Assembly (NCBI GenBank): GCA_944324795.1
Contig: CALUXR010000008.1
Location: 5,753 to 69,752 of the forward strand
Source: an uncultured Acholeplasmatales bacterium
GTDB taxonomy: Bacteria; Bacillota_I; Bacilli_A; Acholeplasmatales; Anaeroplasmataceae
DNA length: 64,000 bases
Reading direction: 5' to 3'
Shown here: one piece after another, positions 61,627 through 64,000 of the stretch
How the letters are laid out: every line of letters begins with the position of its first letter
Numbering within the stretch: the first letter of the stretch is position 1
Notes under the pieces: generated by a model
The model's input: only the letters and a program-made list of their open reading frames with translations
The model's database searches: none
What the model was told of the DNA's origin: nothing
Position numbers and translations under genes: made by a program

Positions 61627-61740
61627 CGAATTATAACAAAAATATCATTTAAAAACAACAAATATTTAAATTTATTAAACAAAAAATAAAGAAATATTAA
61701 ACAAAGTTAAAATAAAAAAAGTTAAATACTTATTTAAAGA

Positions 61741-62004
61741 TTATTTAACTATATTTTTATTATTATTTTTAAATAAAAGACTAAATACGACCAGAGTTAT
61801 AACACATAAAATAATTAAGCATATAATAATTATATAATCAATATCTTTTTTTATAAAAAAGCCATATATTCCTAAACCCATATACAATAAAGATATAATA
61901 ATAAAACAAATTCCTTTAATTTTATCTTTATTAACAATTAATTTAATTGCGTAAAATATTATAATCAAACCTAAAATTATAGCTACTAAATTATAAAATA
62001 ACAT
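61741..62004 (-). CDS. small membrane protein (87 aa, 3 TM)
   Basis: Hydrophobic ORF. No recognised family. Confidence 0.5.
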   Translation of the reverse strand: MLFYNLVAIILGLIIIFYAIKLIVNKDKIKGICFIIISLLYMGLGIYGFFIKKDIDYIIIICLIILCVITLVVFSLLFKNNNKNIVK

Positions 62005-62118
62005 AATGATGGCACCTCATATAAATTTATGTGTTTTAATTATAACAAATTTATTATTATCTTAATAGATATTAATTATTTATTTTAATTTTATTAGATC
62101 TAAAACATTAAAGAAAAA

Positions 62119-62283
62119 TTATAAATTAATATCAATTTCTAAACTATCAAATATTAAATAATCTGATGCTGATAAAGTAGATATACTCTTACCTAGCCAC
62201 ATATCTAAAGCAACTAAGATTTTCTTAGTATTAATAATTTTATCTATTATAAACCTTTGATATTCATGTGGTTCAAACTTCAT
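62119..62283 (-). pseudogene. SNF2/DEAD-like helicase, N-terminal 54 codons only
   Basis: MKFEPHEYQRFIIDKIINTKKILVALDMWLGKSISTL resembles the phage SNF2 start (..YQ......ALDMGLGKT). It ends prematurely. Confidence 0.5.
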
Positions 62284-62677
62284 TTGCTTACCTCATTATG
62301 TTATAATAGCAATTGTCATATTAGTGACTAGTTTTAAGGACGACTATAGATGTATTATATTCATAGGGGTAACTCTATAGATTAAATTTGGAGGTTCAAG
62401 GTAGAATGCCTTGTAGCCCTTATTTTGGTATTGGTATTAATCGCTTATATCATTAAGGGTAATAACGATGATAAATAATTATCATTAAAACCTTTTTTCA
62501 AATCTTCTATAGGCCCCTAAAAACTAAAAGAGTCTAGAATTGCAGTTCTAGTCTCTTTCTTTTTAACCTTTTTTTATCTTCTATAGTTTGAACAGTTCTT
62601 CTATTCACCTAAAGTATAAACTAAAACTAGTCTTATGTCAATTACTACAATTTGCTTTTTCTTTCTAATCTTATTTT

Positions 62678-62854
62678 ATGTCCCTTTCATCGCATAAATG
62701 GCGACATACCTTATCTTCTACTCTATTGGCTAATGGCGTAAATTTAAAAACTGTACAAAATATTCTAGGCCATTATAATATATCAGTGACAAGCAAATAT
62801 ATCCATACTAATGAAGAAATTGACAAAGAAGCATTTTATAAAGTTTTTAATTAA
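62678..62854 (+). pseudogene. tyrosine integrase, C-terminal 58 codons only
   Basis: MSLSSHKWRHTLSSTLLANGVNLKTVQNILGHYNISVTSKYIHTNEEID.. contains the HxxR and LGH...Y catalytic boxes. No upstream integrase body is present. Confidence 0.7.
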
Positions 62855-62910
62855 TTTAGCTAACAAAATCAATTTACATTTTTTAAAATATTTTTACATT
62901 GCCCCACTTT

Positions 62911-62985
62911 TGGCAGAAGCAGTAGGATTCGAACCTACGTATGATGGGGTCAGAGCCCATTGCCTTACCGCTTGGCGATGCTTCC
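62911..62985 (-). tRNA. tRNA-Gln (anticodon CUG), CCA encoded
   Basis: The reverse complement is GGAAGCATCGCCAAGCGGTAAGGCAATGGGCTCTGACCCCATCATACGTAGGTTCGAATCCTACTGCTTCTGCCA. It forms a cloverleaf with anticodon loop CUCUGAC and closely resembles Bacillus tRNA-Gln apart from the anticodon. Confidence 0.9.
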
Positions 62986-63103
62986 ATATACATTATTAAA
63001 AGATATAATTTTCTTTATTTCAAAAAATCATATTATTTCTTTAATTTTTAACATAATTATAACATAATTTTTTTATATACTATAGCAAAAGTGAGGTAAA
63101 AAC

Positions 63104-64000
63104 ATGAAAAAAATTAATTTATTGCTCATAGGATTATTAGTTTTACCATTTATCACTGGGTGTGATGCAAAAAATAAAGCTAATGTTCTAAATTCTACCC
63201 CTATATTTACTTACAATGTAAATGAAATTCCGCCTTCAAGTGTTGAAGAAATTGTTGAAAATACATATGATAGTGTTGTATCTATTAAAGCTGATTATAA
63301 TCAATATAGTTATAGTTCAGGTAGTGGTACATTCATTTCTTATGATGAAGAATTGAATTTAAGCTATATTCTAACTTGTTATCATGTTATTGATGATGCA
63401 TCTAGTTATACAGTAACCTTATCCGATCAAAAGACAACTCTAATTGCTTCACTTGTTGGTGGTGATCCTACTAACGACATAGCATTATTGTCAGTTTCTG
63501 GAACAAATTATAAATATGCTACTATCCCAGAGACTTCTTCTTTAAAACTTGGCAGTCAAGTTGTGGTTATAGGAAATCCTCTAGGTACATTACCTGGTAG
63601 TGTTACAAGCGGTTATGTATCATTTTTAAATAGAGAAGTTTTATCTGAAGATTATAGAACTATGAAATTAATTCAAACGGACGCCTCTATTAATAGTGGT
63701 AATAGTGGTGGAGCTATGTTTGATAGTTTAGGCCGTTTAGTTGGAGTTGTTAATGCTAAGTATGTTGATGAAGGCGTTGAAGGATTAGGGTTTGCAATTC
63801 CAATTGAAAAGGCGATGGATGTTGTAACATCAGTCTTAAAAACAGCTCAATACGATGGCACAAATTGGACAACTAAAGGTTATTATGAAGGCTCATTTGA
63901 GTTTGCTTTTACAGTTAGTGATTTTTCATCATTCTTTAGCTCTAGTTATGTCGCTGTAAGCGCAATATCAGACAATTCTTCTACTTCTGGTTATAATCAA
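63104..64000 (+). CDS. trypsin-like serine protease (HtrA/S1C family) lipoprotein; 3' end outside window
   Basis: The frame is open from ATG 63104 (GTGAGG RBS) to the window end. It has an ITGC lipobox and the catalytic triad contexts TCYHV, NDIALL and GNSGGA. Confidence 0.85.
   Translation, partial: MKKINLLLIGLLVLPFITGCDAKNKANVLNSTPIFTYNVNEIPPSSVEEIVENTYDSVVSIKADYNQYSYSSGSGTFISYDEELNLSYILTCYHVIDDASSYTVTLSDQKTTLIASLVGGDPTNDIALLSVSGTNYKYATIPETSSLKLGSQVVVIGNPLGTLPGSVTSGYVSFLNREVLSEDYRTMKLIQTDASINSGNSGGAMFDSLGRLVGVVNAKYVDEGVEGLGFAIPIEKAMDVVTSVLKTAQYDGTNWTTKGYYEGSFEFAFTVSDFSSFFSSSYVAVSAISDNSSTSGYNQ

Larger units (their letters stand above)
62119..62910. mobile_element. degraded integrative element/prophage remnant abutting the 3' end of tRNA-Gln
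   Basis: It contains an SNF2-helicase N-terminal stub, about 390 bp of unassigned sequence, and an integrase C-terminal stub ending 56 bp from the tRNA 3' end. Confidence 0.5.

Noticed and set aside
62811-62999. 62-aa plus-strand ORF
   Set aside because: Its 3' half is the antisense of the tRNA-Gln gene (62911-62985), and its 5' part is out of frame with the integrase stub. It is not a gene.
1-64000. Searched by eye for CRISPR arrays, rRNA genes, intact IS/transposase genes and additional tRNAs
   Set aside because: I found no regularly spaced 25-40-bp direct repeats with unique spacers, no rRNA-like conserved blocks, no transposase-like ORF, and only one GGTTCGAATCC T-arm signature (tRNA-Gln).

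Overview
This is a very AT-rich chromosomal segment that uses the standard genetic code: Trp is TGG, and housekeeping ORFs contain no in-frame TGA. A type-B RNase P RNA, two T-box leaders and Firmicute-style promoters and terminators point to a low-GC Bacillota/Mycoplasmatota-like bacterium (Erysipelotrichia/Acholeplasma-like). Most of the window is housekeeping: rel-dtd-rimO-trmL, ppa, ychF, coaX, pgcA, tig, lon, phoH, pnp, rnpB, lepA, hemW-xerD-deoB, potABCD, and Met and amino-acid ABC importers.

The strongest result is that the window appears to span the replication terminus. A 28-bp site at 53003-53030 matches Bacillus subtilis dif at 25/28 positions. It lies in an unusual ~2.8 kb ORF-free, extremely AT-rich tract (50.56-53.33 kb), exactly where coding polarity flips: 40 of 43 CDS to the left are on +, and the next 8 CDS are on -.

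Other points worth a second look:
- A visibly GC-richer islet at 9.0-10.9 kb holds an hsdM N-terminal stub fused to an integrase C-terminal stub. It also has five to six 11-bp-phased TCATAA repeats abutting a consensus promoter, and an AlbA_2/Schlafen-like ATPase-wHTH gene.
- A Fic-fold protein with a dead catalytic motif and a C-terminal wHTH sits behind a 29-bp palindrome.
- For both T-box leaders, the specifier can be read and cross-checked against the discriminator-pairing base (Arg CGC/UGGC; Met AUG/UGGU).
- A degraded integrative element lies at tRNA-Gln(CUG).
- A thioredoxin-reductase-like flavoprotein lacks both NADPH motifs.
- ABC ATPases carry Lys/Glu-rich insertions.
- Two ABC importers have fused binding-protein/permease architectures.

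I saw no CRISPR array, rRNA or intact transposase. All calls come from reading the sequence and ORF translations by eye, with no database search.
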